Below are positions 9,881-20,769 of a stretch of 64,000 nucleotides of DNA, one piece after another (the stretch's first letter is position 1; each line of letters begins with the position of its first letter). The position numbers were made by a program, and so were the translations under genes. Source of the DNA: an uncultured delta proteobacterium (GTDB taxonomy: Bacteria; Desulfobacterota; Binatia; HRBIN30; BPIQ01); NCBI GenBank assembly GCA_963761335.1, contig CAVXGR010000012.1, positions 512,001 to 576,000 on the forward strand. Reading direction: 5' to 3'. The notes under the pieces were generated by a model. The model did not search any database and was not told the DNA's origin. It saw only the letters and a list, made by a program, of their open reading frames with translations.

Positions 9881-11410
9881 ATGCTGTTGGATCTGACCCT
9901 CGGTCCATTGACCGAGCCGTTGAGCGGAAAGCATTGGGATCGCGCAACCGTCATCGAGCAATGGCGCCGGCGTTTGACCTTCTACGCCCGGAACAACCTG
10001 GCACCTGGCGACCGCGTCTTTCTTCATTGCGGCAACACCCCCGAATTCTTCGTGGATCTGCTCGCCCTCTGGACCCTTGGCGCCTGCGCCGTCCCGATCG
10101 ACGCCCGGCTCACCCCCTTCGAAGTCGAGACTCTCGCTGCAGCCGCCGCGCCGCGCTTCTCTCTGTGGCTCGCCACTCCCGACCCCGGTTTCGGACCTGC
10201 GCTCGCCGGCCTCGGCGTGGAGATCCTCGACGTTCGCGAAGCTGAAACCGAGACACCGTACGACGGCGCTCCGCCGGGATCGTTGCTCGGCCTCGACACG
10301 GATGCGCTCATTCTCTTCACCTCCGGCACGACCGGCGCACCAAAAGGCGTGGTGCACACGCATCGTTCGCTTCGCGCCCGTTGGGCGGCGCTGCGACAAT
10401 CGCTCGGGGTCGCCGCTTTTCGCAGAACCCTCTGCCTGCTGCCAACTCATTTCGGTCACGGATTGATCTGCAACGCCCTGTTCCCCTGGCTGAGCGGGCA
10501 GCACTTGTTCATCCTGCCGCCGTTCAAACCCGACCTCATCCTGCAGCTCGGTGCCCTCCTGGACGAGCATCAGATCACCTTCATGTCCTCGGTTCCGACC
10601 GTCTGGCGTCTCGCCCTCAAGACGGCGAAGCCGCCGCAATCATCGACCCTACAGCGCGTTTTCTGCGGCTCGGCGCCGCTGTCGGCACACCTGTGGGAGG
10701 ACATCCGCAGGTGGACAGGCACCGACGCGGTATGGAACGCCTACGGCATCACCGAGACCGGCAGCTGGCTGGCGGGGACGTCGGTCGGCGATTTCACTCC
10801 GCAGGACGGCCTGGTCGGCGAGGCCTGGGGCGGCCTGGTGCGCGTTCTCCGCACGAGCGAGACCCGCACCCAACTCGGCGTCGAAGACTCCTGCCCGCCG
10901 GGAGACAATGGACACATCTGGGTCAACACACCGGCCCTGATGCGCGGCTATCTCGACCGTGACGATCTCACAAAAGAGGTGGTGTCCGCCGGCTGGTTCC
11001 TGACCGGCGACGTCGGCTTCATCGACGATCGCGGCTGGCTCTACCTCCGCGGCCGCGAGCGCGAAGAGATCAACAAAGGCGGCATGAAGATCTATCCGGG
11101 AGACGTCGACGCCGTGGTCGAGCGATTCGACGAGACCGTCGACGTCTGCACCTTTGCGTTGGACGACGTGCTTCTCGGCGAAGAGGTCGGTATCGCCGTC
11201 GTGCTGCGAAGCCGCAAAGAACAAACCATGCGCGCTCTCCATCAGTGGATGGCGCAGCGTCTGGCGAGACATCAAATGCCGAAGCGCTGGTACGTGGTGG
11301 AGGAGATCCCGCGAACCTCGCGGGGCAAAGTCAACCGCGCTGCCGTCGCCGCACGCTGCGCATCACTCGAGGCGGTCGATCTCCGCGGTCTGCTGCGCGA
11401 ACCGGGTTGA
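9881..11410 (+). CDS. AMP-dependent acyl/aminoacyl ligase (ANL adenylation enzyme)
   Basis: LFTSGTTGAPKG, YGITE, TGD, GR..EEINKGG, PRTSRGK. Confidence 0.93.
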   Translation: MLLDLTLGPLTEPLSGKHWDRATVIEQWRRRLTFYARNNLAPGDRVFLHCGNTPEFFVDLLALWTLGACAVPIDARLTPFEVETLAAAAAPRFSLWLATPDPGFGPALAGLGVEILDVREAETETPYDGAPPGSLLGLDTDALILFTSGTTGAPKGVVHTHRSLRARWAALRQSLGVAAFRRTLCLLPTHFGHGLICNALFPWLSGQHLFILPPFKPDLILQLGALLDEHQITFMSSVPTVWRLALKTAKPPQSSTLQRVFCGSAPLSAHLWEDIRRWTGTDAVWNAYGITETGSWLAGTSVGDFTPQDGLVGEAWGGLVRVLRTSETRTQLGVEDSCPPGDNGHIWVNTPALMRGYLDRDDLTKEVVSAGWFLTGDVGFIDDRGWLYLRGREREEINKGGMKIYPGDVDAVVERFDETVDVCTFALDDVLLGEEVGIAVVLRSRKEQTMRALHQWMAQRLARHQMPKRWYVVEEIPRTSRGKVNRAAVAARCASLEAVDLRGLLREPG

Positions 11411-11420
11411 TCGGCGCACC

Positions 11421-11669
11421 ATGCCTACGCGTACCGAGCTCCTGACCGCGCTCGAAGCGAGCGGCGCCGACCTGCCCGGCGGTCTGGACGACGAAACGCC
11501 CCTGATCACCTCCGGCGTGCTCGACTCGACGGCCCTCTTCGAGCTTGCCCTGTGGGTCGAGGAACGCGTTTCGCCGGGCCTCGACCTGACGTCCTTCGAT
11601 CTGACGGCCGAGTGGAACACGGTCGCCCAGCTCTTGGCTTTCATCGAGCGCCATGCAGCGCCCCGATAG
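11421..11669 (+). CDS. Acyl carrier protein
   Basis: 82-aa acidic protein with PLITSGVLDS (phosphopantetheine Ser), directly after the ligase. Confidence 0.85.
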   Translation: MPTRTELLTALEASGADLPGGLDDETPLITSGVLDSTALFELALWVEERVSPGLDLTSFDLTAEWNTVAQLLAFIERHAAPR

Positions 11670-11698
11670 GTGCCCTCCGGGGAACGCGCAGGTCCACC

Positions 11699-12811
11699 AT
11701 GGATTGCGATATCGTCCCGTACAGCCCTGATCTCGACGACGAGATCGCCCGGCTCCAATCGCACTTGTGGGGGGACGACCTCGACCGCAACGCCGCCTAC
11801 CTGAAATGGAAGTACGCCGAGAACCCGTATCTTGACGACATCCTCATCCAGGCGGCGCGCTGCGACGGCGATCTGGTCGGCATGCGAGGAATGTTTGGAA
11901 CCCTGTGGGAGGTCGATGACGCCGGGTCTCGGCACCTTCTCCCCTATGCCGACGACTTCGTCATCAGTCCCGCGCATCGCAACCGCGGCGTCGCCTCGCG
12001 GATCATGCAGGCGAGTCACGAGGAGGCGCGGCGGCGCGGCTTTCGCTTGGCCATCAATCTCAGCGCCGGTCCAGTCACGTTCGTCAGCTCACTTGCCGCC
12101 GGTTGGCGCTGCTCGGGCTCGTTTCGACAGCTGGACTACCGCCGAGCGCCATCCGCCCCCATCCGTCCGCTCAAGTCGGTTGTTCCGCAACGTCTCTACC
12201 AGCGGGTCGCGACCATGGTTCGATCCATCGCGCCGCGAGGCGTCTTCGACCGGCTCGACCAGGCTCGGGCAGACGCCTCGTCGATGATCAGTGTTCATCG
12301 CCAGCCGCGGCCGCAGGCCATGGCGACGCTGGTGAGCCGCCTCCCGTGGGACGGCCGCATCCGCCACGTCCGCGACCAACGCTACTTCTCCTGGCGCTTT
12401 CGGAACCCGCTGCACGAGTACCGTTTTCTCTTCGCCGGCGCCGTCGACTGCCAGGGCTATCTGGTGCTGCAGCGACATCTGTCGAGATGGGCGGATCCCC
12501 ACCTCGTGAATATCGCCGACTGGGAAGCGACCAACGACGGCGTCGCCGCCGCCCTGCTCGACGCCGCTCTCGATTGGGGGCGGCTCGAGCGCGTCCGCGT
12601 CTGGTCGGTCAGCGCCTCGCCGGAGATTCGATCTCTACTCGGAGCGCGCGGCTTCAACGCCTCCGCCTCACCTGGCGTTCGCGCCCGCAGTGCCGGGCTT
12701 CTGCTCCGCTGGCTGAACGACATGCCCGAGGCGCCAGAGCTCCTGGGCAACCGCAACCCGCTGTCGATCGCCGACTGGGATCTGCGCATGCTCTACTCGA
12801 TGGCGGCCTGA
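11699..12811 (+). CDS. GNAT-family acyltransferase
   Basis: YLKWKYAENP, VISPAHRNRGVA (motif A), YFSWRF..P; tandem-GNAT length. Confidence 0.8.
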   Translation: MDCDIVPYSPDLDDEIARLQSHLWGDDLDRNAAYLKWKYAENPYLDDILIQAARCDGDLVGMRGMFGTLWEVDDAGSRHLLPYADDFVISPAHRNRGVASRIMQASHEEARRRGFRLAINLSAGPVTFVSSLAAGWRCSGSFRQLDYRRAPSAPIRPLKSVVPQRLYQRVATMVRSIAPRGVFDRLDQARADASSMISVHRQPRPQAMATLVSRLPWDGRIRHVRDQRYFSWRFRNPLHEYRFLFAGAVDCQGYLVLQRHLSRWADPHLVNIADWEATNDGVAAALLDAALDWGRLERVRVWSVSASPEIRSLLGARGFNASASPGVRARSAGLLLRWLNDMPEAPELLGNRNPLSIADWDLRMLYSMAA

Positions 12812-13803
12812 TGCCCACGCCCAGAGTCAGCATCATCATGCCGACGTACAACCGCGTCGCCTACCTTGGCGAGGCGATCGGAAGTGTACTGTCGCAGACG
12901 TGGACGGACTTCGAGCTGCTCGTCGTCGACGATGGGTCGACGGATGAAACCGCCGCCGTGTTGGCGAACGTCGTCGACCCACGAGTGCGCGTTCTGCGCC
13001 GCGATCACCGCGGCGTTTCGGCGACCGTGAACAGCGGCCTGCGCGAGGCCAGAGGCGAGTACGTCAGCCGTCTGGATTCCGACGACGTATGGATGCCGGA
13101 GGCGCTCCAGGTGCTCGTCGGCGTGCTCGATCACAGGCCAGAGGTCGGGGTCGTCTACGCCAAGGGTCAGGCGATGGATGTCGCCGGCCGGCCATTGCCC
13201 TATACCAACGGTCTGCCGCTGCGCTTCCCGGGGGAGAGTTTGCGCAGCCTGGTGTATGAAGACTTCACCTGCAACATCGCCACGCTGGCGCGGCGCTCGT
13301 GCTTCGACCGCGCCGGGGAATACGACGAGTCGTTGCCGGCCAACGAGGACTGGGACATGTGGCTGCGAATCGCCGAGCACGACCAGTTCGCCTTCGTCGA
13401 GCGCGTCCTGGCGCGCTTTCGCTGGCATGAGGGCAACATGACCGGCCCGGCGTCACCGCTGTTTCGGGCCACTCTCGAGACGCGCACGCGACCGCTGGAC
13501 AAGGTCTTCGCACGCCCTGCCCGACCCGCCGCCGTGATCGCCATGAAGGCGACGGCATACGAGAATGTCTACCTATTTCGCTGTCTCCGGTGGCTGCACG
13601 CCCGTGACATCGGCTCTTCCTGGCGCGAGCTCAGGCGCGCCCTGGGGGTGAGCGAGAACCGGCCGAGGACAATCGTTCGAACTGCCTGGTTCATTCTCAT
13701 ATCGGAGCTTCTCGGTCGTTCCGCGGTTGGCCGCCGCTTCGCTGACGGCCTGAGCGCCGCCCGCCACCGCTGGCTTCGCCGGGGCCAGCCCCAATGCCGG
13801 TAG
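12811..13803 (+). CDS. Glycosyltransferase family 2
   Basis: VSIIMPTYNR, VVDDGSTD, LDSDD, EDWDMWLR; TGATG coupling. Confidence 0.92.
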   Translation: MPTPRVSIIMPTYNRVAYLGEAIGSVLSQTWTDFELLVVDDGSTDETAAVLANVVDPRVRVLRRDHRGVSATVNSGLREARGEYVSRLDSDDVWMPEALQVLVGVLDHRPEVGVVYAKGQAMDVAGRPLPYTNGLPLRFPGESLRSLVYEDFTCNIATLARRSCFDRAGEYDESLPANEDWDMWLRIAEHDQFAFVERVLARFRWHEGNMTGPASPLFRATLETRTRPLDKVFARPARPAAVIAMKATAYENVYLFRCLRWLHARDIGSSWRELRRALGVSENRPRTIVRTAWFILISELLGRSAVGRRFADGLSAARHRWLRRGQPQCR

Positions 13804-13849
13804 GGTAAGCCGACGAGAGAGGACCTCCAAGGCGAGGCGGCCGTCGCCG

Positions 13850-13907
13850 ACGCGCCGCTCGGCGCCTGGCCGGTTCTCGTGGCCACACGCCGGACAGGTG
13901 TGGGTCA
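13850..13907 (-). pseudogene. Zinc-ribbon N-terminal remnant
   Basis: GTG ACC CAC ACC TGT reads VTHTCPACGHENRPGA, matching the first zinc ribbon of DZR-cyclase genes; similarity then stops. Confidence 0.5.
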
Positions 13908-13952
13908 CTGGTCTTGACTCTCGAAGGCCCGCCGCCATGGGAGAACCAGGCC

Positions 13953-15806
13953 TCAGCTGCGACTCGGATAGCGCCGGCGCATTTCCTCGAGCATCCACTC
14001 GCGCGCCGCGGCGTTGCCGGCGACCAGGGCCCGCAAGCGCTCGCGCGAGATGGCGTAGGTGATCATGTGCGTCATGGCGGTGACCGTGGCGGAGCGCACC
14101 GTATCCAGCAGCACGCCGCGCTCGCCGACGACGTCGTGCTCGCCGACCGACGCCACGCCCTTGCGCCCGATGGTAACCACGGCCTGGCCCTCCTCGATGA
14201 TGTAGCACTCGGGAGACTCGCCACCCTCCGTGCACAGGAGATCGCCGGGCTCGAAGCTCATCGGATACGCGGTCGCGGCGAGATGCTCGAGCTCCTCGGC
14301 GCTGCAAGGCGCGAACAGGCTGTTGCTCTGCAGCAGCCCGACCGTGGCCGCCAGGCGCGCGCCGGTGCGAACCGGGACGGAATCCTGCCGGGCCGGGTCG
14401 GTCTCGATGCGTTGCCGCAGCTCGGCGCGCCAGCGCAAGTCGGCACCGGTGTCACCGGCGCGCGGCCGCAGCCCGCGCTCGGCGTGCTCACCGGTTGACG
14501 CTGGGACAGGTGACTCCACCGCCGGCGCCGCCGCGACCGGCTCGGCACTCGCACGTGGACTCGATGACGTTCGGCAGGCGATGTTGAGGGCGGCGAGGCC
14601 GCGCAGCGTCAGACGGTCCTGAAAGCGCGGCTCTTCGCCGGCAAGCTCGATGTGATCGAAGCGCTGCAGCAGCGTGCGAAAGGTGATCTCGATCTCCGTC
14701 CGCGCCAGGGCCGCGCCGAGGCAGAAGTGCACGCCGCCCCCGAAGGTCAGCGGCTGGATGTCCGTGCGCGTCACGTCGAGCCGGTCGGGGTCGGAGAAGC
14801 GCGCCGGATCCCGATTTCCGGCGCCCAGCATGGCGAAGACCTGCTCGCCGGCGGGGATCGTCACCCCGCCGACCTCGACGCTGGCCTCGGTGACCCGGTT
14901 CGCCAGCTGCGCGGTGCCGTCGTAGCGCAGGAACTCATCCGGGAGGTTGGCGAACAGCGAGGCGTCGCGCCGCAGCAGCTCGAGCTGTTCCGGCTGGCGC
15001 AGCAACGCCAGCAAGCCGTTGCCGAACAGGTTGGTGGTGGTCTCGAACCCCGCCGCAAATAGCAGTGAGGCGAGGGTCACCAGCTCGTCGTCCGACAGGC
15101 GATCACCGCCGACCTCCGCCGTCGCCAGGGCGCTCAGCAGATCGCCCCCTGGCTGGCGTCGTTTCTCGGGGATCAGCTTCAGGAAGTAGGCGCGGATGCC
15201 GAGCTGTGCGGTGTCGGCCGCCACCATCTGCTCGTCCGTCGGCTGCATCTCGAAGATGGCCACCAGATCGCGCACCATGCCGCGGAACTGGGGCCGATCC
15301 GCCTCGGGGACGCCGAGCATTTCGCCGATGATCGTCACCGGAAGCGGAAAGCCGACGGCCTCGAGCACATTGCCGCCGCCGGCGTCGGCCACCGGATCGA
15401 GCAGCCGGTCGACGACGCGCTCGATGGTCGGCTTGAGGTTCTCGATCATGCGCGGCGTGAACGACTTGGTGACCAGCTTGCGCAGACGCGTATGCTCCGG
15501 CCCGGTGGTGTTGAGCATGGAGTGCTCGCCGGCCGTCAGCGACGGATGCTTTCGCCAGCCGGGCCCGAAGCGCTGCTCGATCTGCGGCGCGTAGTCCTTG
15601 CCGAGACGCGGATCGCGCATCGCCGCCCAGCAATCGTCGTAACGGCTGAGCAGCCACATCCCCATCTGGGTGCGATGCACCGGCGCTGTCTGGCGGAGCT
15701 GGTGGTAGAGCGGGTACGGATTGGCGCGCCCTTCGGCCGTTAGGAACAGCTTGTTGAACACCGCTTCTGCATCGCTCGGCATGGATTCGTGTGCCTCGCT
15801 GGTCAT
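13953..15806 (-). CDS. Cytochrome P450 fused to a C-terminal cyclic-nucleotide-binding domain
   Basis: P450: HTRLRKLV, AAGFETT, EFLR, NRDP..F, FGGGVHFCLG. After an Ala/Pro linker, cNMP domain: LF..., FEPGDLLCTEG, YIIEEG, VGERGVL...RSATV. Confidence 0.9.
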   Translation of the reverse strand: MTSEAHESMPSDAEAVFNKLFLTAEGRANPYPLYHQLRQTAPVHRTQMGMWLLSRYDDCWAAMRDPRLGKDYAPQIEQRFGPGWRKHPSLTAGEHSMLNTTGPEHTRLRKLVTKSFTPRMIENLKPTIERVVDRLLDPVADAGGGNVLEAVGFPLPVTIIGEMLGVPEADRPQFRGMVRDLVAIFEMQPTDEQMVAADTAQLGIRAYFLKLIPEKRRQPGGDLLSALATAEVGGDRLSDDELVTLASLLFAAGFETTTNLFGNGLLALLRQPEQLELLRRDASLFANLPDEFLRYDGTAQLANRVTEASVEVGGVTIPAGEQVFAMLGAGNRDPARFSDPDRLDVTRTDIQPLTFGGGVHFCLGAALARTEIEITFRTLLQRFDHIELAGEEPRFQDRLTLRGLAALNIACRTSSSPRASAEPVAAAPAVESPVPASTGEHAERGLRPRAGDTGADLRWRAELRQRIETDPARQDSVPVRTGARLAATVGLLQSNSLFAPCSAEELEHLAATAYPMSFEPGDLLCTEGGESPECYIIEEGQAVVTIGRKGVASVGEHDVVGERGVLLDTVRSATVTAMTHMITYAISRERLRALVAGNAAAREWMLEEMRRRYPSRS

Positions 15807-16595
15807 GTCGATCCCCCTATAACCGCGCACCTCGCCTACCTGGATCAGGGCCGCATGCCGCGCGGTGTCCCATGCCCCCCGGGTTCCATCCGGCGAACAT
15901 AGAACAGGCGGGAGAGCGAAAGCCAATCACGCAGACGAGGCAGAGGCCCGCAGCGAGCGGCGCCGCACGCCAAACGCGGCGACCGCGACCAGCAGAGCCG
16001 CCAGGGCAATCAGCCCCCAGCGCGATGCCGCCGGGGCGCTCGCCGACACCGGCAACGCCGGGCCACCGGGATCGACGATCATGCCGTCGCCGGCGGGCGT
16101 ATCGTCGCCGAGTTGGCCGTTGGTCAGCTTGAAGGTCGCCGTCGCCACCGTCGAACCCGTCGCCGGCGGGATCTGCGCCGTGCCAAAGGTCGCAGCGGGC
16201 AACGCGTAGAATTGGGGCGTGTCGAAGCCCGGCGGGATTGGTCCGAACTTCCGATACGCCGTCAGCGGCAGGAAGAACGGCTCGTGGAAGATCAGGGTCA
16301 CGTCGACGCTGGTGGCGCAATCGAGCTGGAAACCCACCATGCCGTACGGGTAGTCGTACTTCGAATCGGTGCCCAACGACGCCTCGCTCGCGGCGTGGAC
16401 CTCTTGCAGCCCACTGCAACCGCCGTTGTCCGCAGGGACCTCGACGGTGATGTACCCCTGCCCGGTCGCGGATGTCAGCGACGCGACGTTGCCCTGCTGG
16501 CTGTCCATGGTGCCGTCGCCGTTGCCGTCGCCGCCGTTCGGCCCGACGTCCTCCACCGCGTCCGGCACGCCGTCCTGGTCGGAGTCCATGGGGAT

Positions 16596-16915
16596 CGGCG
16601 TCACCGTCGGCGTCTCGGTCGGCGTCTCGGTCGGCGTTGCCGTCGGCGTCTCCGTCGGCGTCTGCGTCGGCGTCGCCGTCGGGGTGCTGGTCGATGTCAT
16701 CGTCGGGGTGCTGGTCGGCGTCGATCGTCGGCGTCTGGGTCGGCGTGTGCGTCGGCGTACTGGTCGGCGTCGTCGTCGGCGTGTCGGTCGGTGTTGACGT
16801 CGGCGTCATCGTCGGCGTCTCGGTCGGTGTGTACGTCGGCGTCAGCGTCGGGGTGGCGGTCGGCGTCTCGGTGGGGGTCTCGGTCGGCGTCTCCGTCGGC
16901 GTCTCCGTCGGCGGC
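16596..16915 (-). repeat. Low-complexity (gtcggc)n repeat encoding a Thr-Pro linker
   Basis: Repeated gtcggcgtc units. Confidence 0.9.
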
Positions 16916-16949
16916 GGCAGAGGCACATTGGTTCCCAGGATCGTTCCCA

Positions 16950-18550
16950 CGCCGCCCACCGCCTCGCAGTGGGTGGTTGCGGCGACGCAGCTCACGCCGA
17001 GGAGGCCGTTCGCCGACGGGCTGCTGTCGGCGCTCCAGCTCGAGCCGTTCCAGGACACGATCGCGCCGCCGTCGCTCACCGCCTTGCACCGCGAGGTGGA
17101 AGCGCAGCTCACGCCGTCCAGGGTGCCGGTGGTGTTGCTCGTGTCGCCGCTCCAGCTCGAGCCGTCCCAAGAGCGAATCACGCCACCATTGCCCACCGCC
17201 TTGCACAGCGTCGCTGACGGACAGCTCACGTCGTCGAGCGCGGTCGCGATGCCGCTGGTGTCGCCACTCCAGACACTGCCGTCCCACGAGCGAATCACAC
17301 CGACATTGCCCACCGCCTTGCACAGCGTCGCCGACGGACAGCTGACGCCGAAGAGCTGGGCCGTCGTATTGCTGGTGTCGGCGCTCCAGCTGGTGCCGTT
17401 CCAGGTGAGGATCGTACCGCTGTCGCCCACCGCCTTGCACAGCGTCGTCGAGAAGCAGGCGATGCCGTTGAGGTTCGCCGTCGTGCCGCTGGTGTCGGCG
17501 CTCCAGGTGGCGCCGTCCCACGAGAGAATCGCACCGCTGAAGCCAACTGCCTTGCACAAGGTGGTCGACGGACAGGCGACCCGCTGCAGAGTGACGTTGG
17601 GGGCGGTATCGAGGCTCCACACCGAGCCGTTCCAGGAGGCGACCGTGCCGAAGCCGCCCACGGCCTTGCACAGGCTGCTCGACGGACAGCTCACACCCTG
17701 GAGCCCAATCTCCGAAGTGAGGTTGGTCGGGGCTTCGAGGCTCCACGTGGTCGGGCTCCAGGAGAGGATCCTGCCATGGGCGCCCACGGCTTGGCACAGG
17801 GAGCCGGAAGGACACGATACGCCGCTGAGGCCGTCCGCCGTCCCCGACGACTCGGAGCTCCACGCCGAGCCGTTCCAGGAGCCGGCGATGCCGCTGTCGC
17901 CCACCGCCTGCACTGCGAGCTGGAGGAGCAGCTGACGCTGCGAAGGTTGCCGAACGAGCCGCTGTCCGCGGTCCAATTCGTGCCGTCCCACGAGACAATC
18001 GCGCCGGACAGCCCCACAGCCTTGCATGCCGTGGTCGAGGCGCAGCTCACGCCGAAGAGCTGGTTGGTCATCGACGGAAGCGTATCGGCGCTCCAGCTCG
18101 AGCCGTCCCACGACAGAGCCAGGCCGCTGGTGACGAAGATGTCGTGTCCCACCGCCTTGCACAGCCCCGGTCGAAGGGCAAGAGACGCCGCTGAGGGTGT
18201 TCATCGTGCCGCTCGTCTCGCCGCTCCAGCTGGTGCCGTTCCAGGAGAGAATCGTGCCGGCATCGCCCACCGCCTTGCACAGCATCCCGTCGAAGGGCAG
18301 GAAACGCCGTTGAGGGTGTTGCGTGTCGCTGTTGGTATCGGTGCTCCAGCTCGTGCCGTCCCAGGAGACGATCGTGCCACCGCTGCCCACCGCCTTGCAC
18401 AGCGTGGTCGAGGCAGCACGACACGCCGAGAAGCGAGCTGGTCGTCGGGCTGACGTCGGCGCTCCAGCTCGAGCCGTTCCACGAGTAGATCGTGCCCGCA
18501 TCGCCGACCGCCTTGCACAGCGTCGCCGATGGACAGCTGACGCCGTGGAA
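16950..18550 (-). repeat. Tandem ~117-bp coding repeat, 14 units
   Basis: Recurring caccgccttgcacag...ctccagct...ccgttcca at ~117-bp spacing. Confidence 0.85.
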
Positions 18551-18994
18551 GGTGTTCCCTTGCGGCAGCGGATTCTGCCAGACCCAGACGTCAGAGAGGA
18601 TCGCGAGGGCTCTGGGTACGGCGAGCACGCCGTTCACGAGCCCGATTACCAGGAGGACAAGGCCGATGGTGCGGAGACAAGGCGCCGAGCGCATGCGATT
18701 CCACCTCACGTTTCAAGCCACAGGCGGCCGGAGCCGCAACCTTCATTCGGGCGGGCCGCCTCGGCCTACCACCAGGGTGCGCCTCGAGACCTGCCTCAGG
18801 ACCGTCGTGGGCCTCGTGCCCGTTGGTGACCGCGGGGAGAACGACTGCCAGTGCCAGAAGCGTGCGAACCAATGTGCGACGGGAAGGCGACGATTTCTCT
18901 CTCAGGGACACCGGGTCTTTCAGATTTGCCGCATACCGTAAAAGCCGAATCGGGTGCCCATGTCAACTGGGAGAAGGTCCATCGGGTCGGGGTG

Positions 18995-20436
18995 CTAATT
19001 GATTATCCGGTAGACAATGGTGTAGTCGAATTTCGCAACGCGGCGGTACCGATCACTGTTGTCCGCGATAGGGATCAGCGCGTCATAAGGGGGGTACGTC
19101 GGCAGGACGATCCAATCGTTCGCGGCTCTCTTCACCAGAACGGCGAAATGCCCTTTCATTCTCGTCGAATTGCTCCACGACCTCGTAAGCACGCACGCCC
19201 TTCAGGTTGCCGTAGAAGATCAACGAGCGCGTATTGGGGGTGGCGACACGCCCCTCCGGGATTGTCGCCACGACACGGCCCCACTCCTGCGTATAGATCG
19301 CATCACGCCAGTCGAGACAGCGGCCCATCGCCGGATAGACACCGTACGCCTCGAAGTTCGGCACCAATAGACCAATGAGCCCCACCGCCGCGATAGCCGC
19401 CCGCCAAGCATTGCGTTGAACCTGAAAATGACTGACCACGCTTTCGTACAACTTCACGAGCCCGGCGACGCCGAGAACGATCAAGATCGGCAGAAAGGGC
19501 ACGAGGTATCGCTGGAAAGGGATCAAAACAGAACGTGGAGAGCAGAAACAACACACACAGCAGGAGGGTCGGCTGAAGTGCCTTTTGCCGGCGCTGGACG
19601 AACAGAAAGCAGATCCCTCCTCCCAGCAGTCCAAGCGAAAGCTGTCGCAGCATGTTGAGCCAATGAAACTCCCACCACCGCAGCCCGCTGACTCGGCTGG
19701 CGTGAAAGGCCAAGCCTTGCGCCGCTATCACAATCCACGGGGAATAGGCCGCGACGTACAGCGCCACTGTGCCGGCGACCTTTCTCCAATCGCCGTCATA
19801 CCGACGATAGTAGAAGAGCAAGAGTGAGGGCGCGAGATAGAAACCGAAATAATGGGTATAGATCGCGCCGAGAAAGCCACTGGCGATGCATCGTTCGTTG
19901 CCGGACATCAGGCCGTAGACGCAGAGAGTCACAAAGAACGTCAGCATGGCGTACATGGTCGCGGCCTGGGCATATTGCTGATGCAACACATTGAACGTGA
20001 GCAGCGCCGTTGCCCCGAGCGCGGCCCAGTGGGACAGCAGACGCCGGCCAAGAAAATATGTCAAAACGATCGTTGCCCCCGCAAACAACACGGAGGGAAG
20101 CCGCATCGAGACCTCCGCGTAGCCCACCATCCGCCCCCAAGCGGCGAGAAGAAGATAGTGCGCCGGTGGGTGCCGAAAGAAAATGGGATCCGGATAGAAG
20201 TCGCTGTGAAAAGGGTGCTGCGCAAGGTTGACGTATACCGCTTCATCATAAAAGAAGGGCGGCCCGAGGTGCCGGGCGCGAACGGCGACGCCGATGAGAA
20301 CGAGTGCCACGAGCCCGAGAAGTTCTCGGCCTCGGAGAGATTTCACGAGCGGCTGCGTTTCTTCCCCAAGCACGGCGCCGCTATCCCGGCGGCCGATCTT
20401 CGCGTACTTGGTTAGCAGGCGAATTGCGAGGAGCAC
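18995..20436 (-). pseudogene. Membrane GT-C glycosyltransferase (ArnT/PMT, GT39-like), frameshifted
   Basis: PFFYDEAVY, HPPAHYLLL, RLPSVL, YTHYFG, many TM segments; frame changes near 19510 and 19160; visibly more AT-rich than its flanks. Confidence 0.75.
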
Positions 20437-20769
20437 AAGCCGAAGCTCGGCCTACAGCCGCGGCGAGCCGCTCGCAGATTCGTATACCGCAGAACGACGG
20501 CGCGCTCCTTTCTTGGTGTCCGCCGGCGATCGACGTCCCCTCTATCCATCCGCAGGAATGGAAATCGCCGGGGAAACTCATTCCCGACATCGATACGAAG
20601 ACGCGCCGCCGCGGCGGCGGACTCGGGTTGGACAGCTCGCGGCCCGGCATTTGCTTACGCTTCCGGCGTCCGCTTGGACGCCAAGGTGGTGGTTGGCGCG
20701 CTGCGCGGCGATGCGACCCGTCAGACGGGTCGCAAGCCGAGCAGCGCGCCAACGAGAGGGAGTGGAACG

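Larger units (their letters stand above)
15927..18694 (-). pseudogene. Secreted surface protein: 14 Cys-paired beta-propeller-like repeats, Thr-Pro linker, choice-of-anchor-U-like domain, IPTL-CTERM-like sorting signal; several frameshifts
   Basis: Signal peptide; ~39-aa repeats GVSC.S...CKAVG..G.I.SW.G..WS; (TP)n linker; DSDQDGVPD...DSQQGNVASL; C-terminal APAASRWGLIALAALL...RRR. The reading frame switches several times. Confidence 0.8.

Noticed and set aside
16950..18550. Regular ~117-bp repeats as a CRISPR or non-coding array
   Set aside because: Variation follows codon structure and the units translate to a consistent protein repeat.
18760..18911. Signal-peptide-like ORF upstream of the surface protein
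   Set aside because: It runs into the next gene without a recognisable domain; it could be a remnant or chance.
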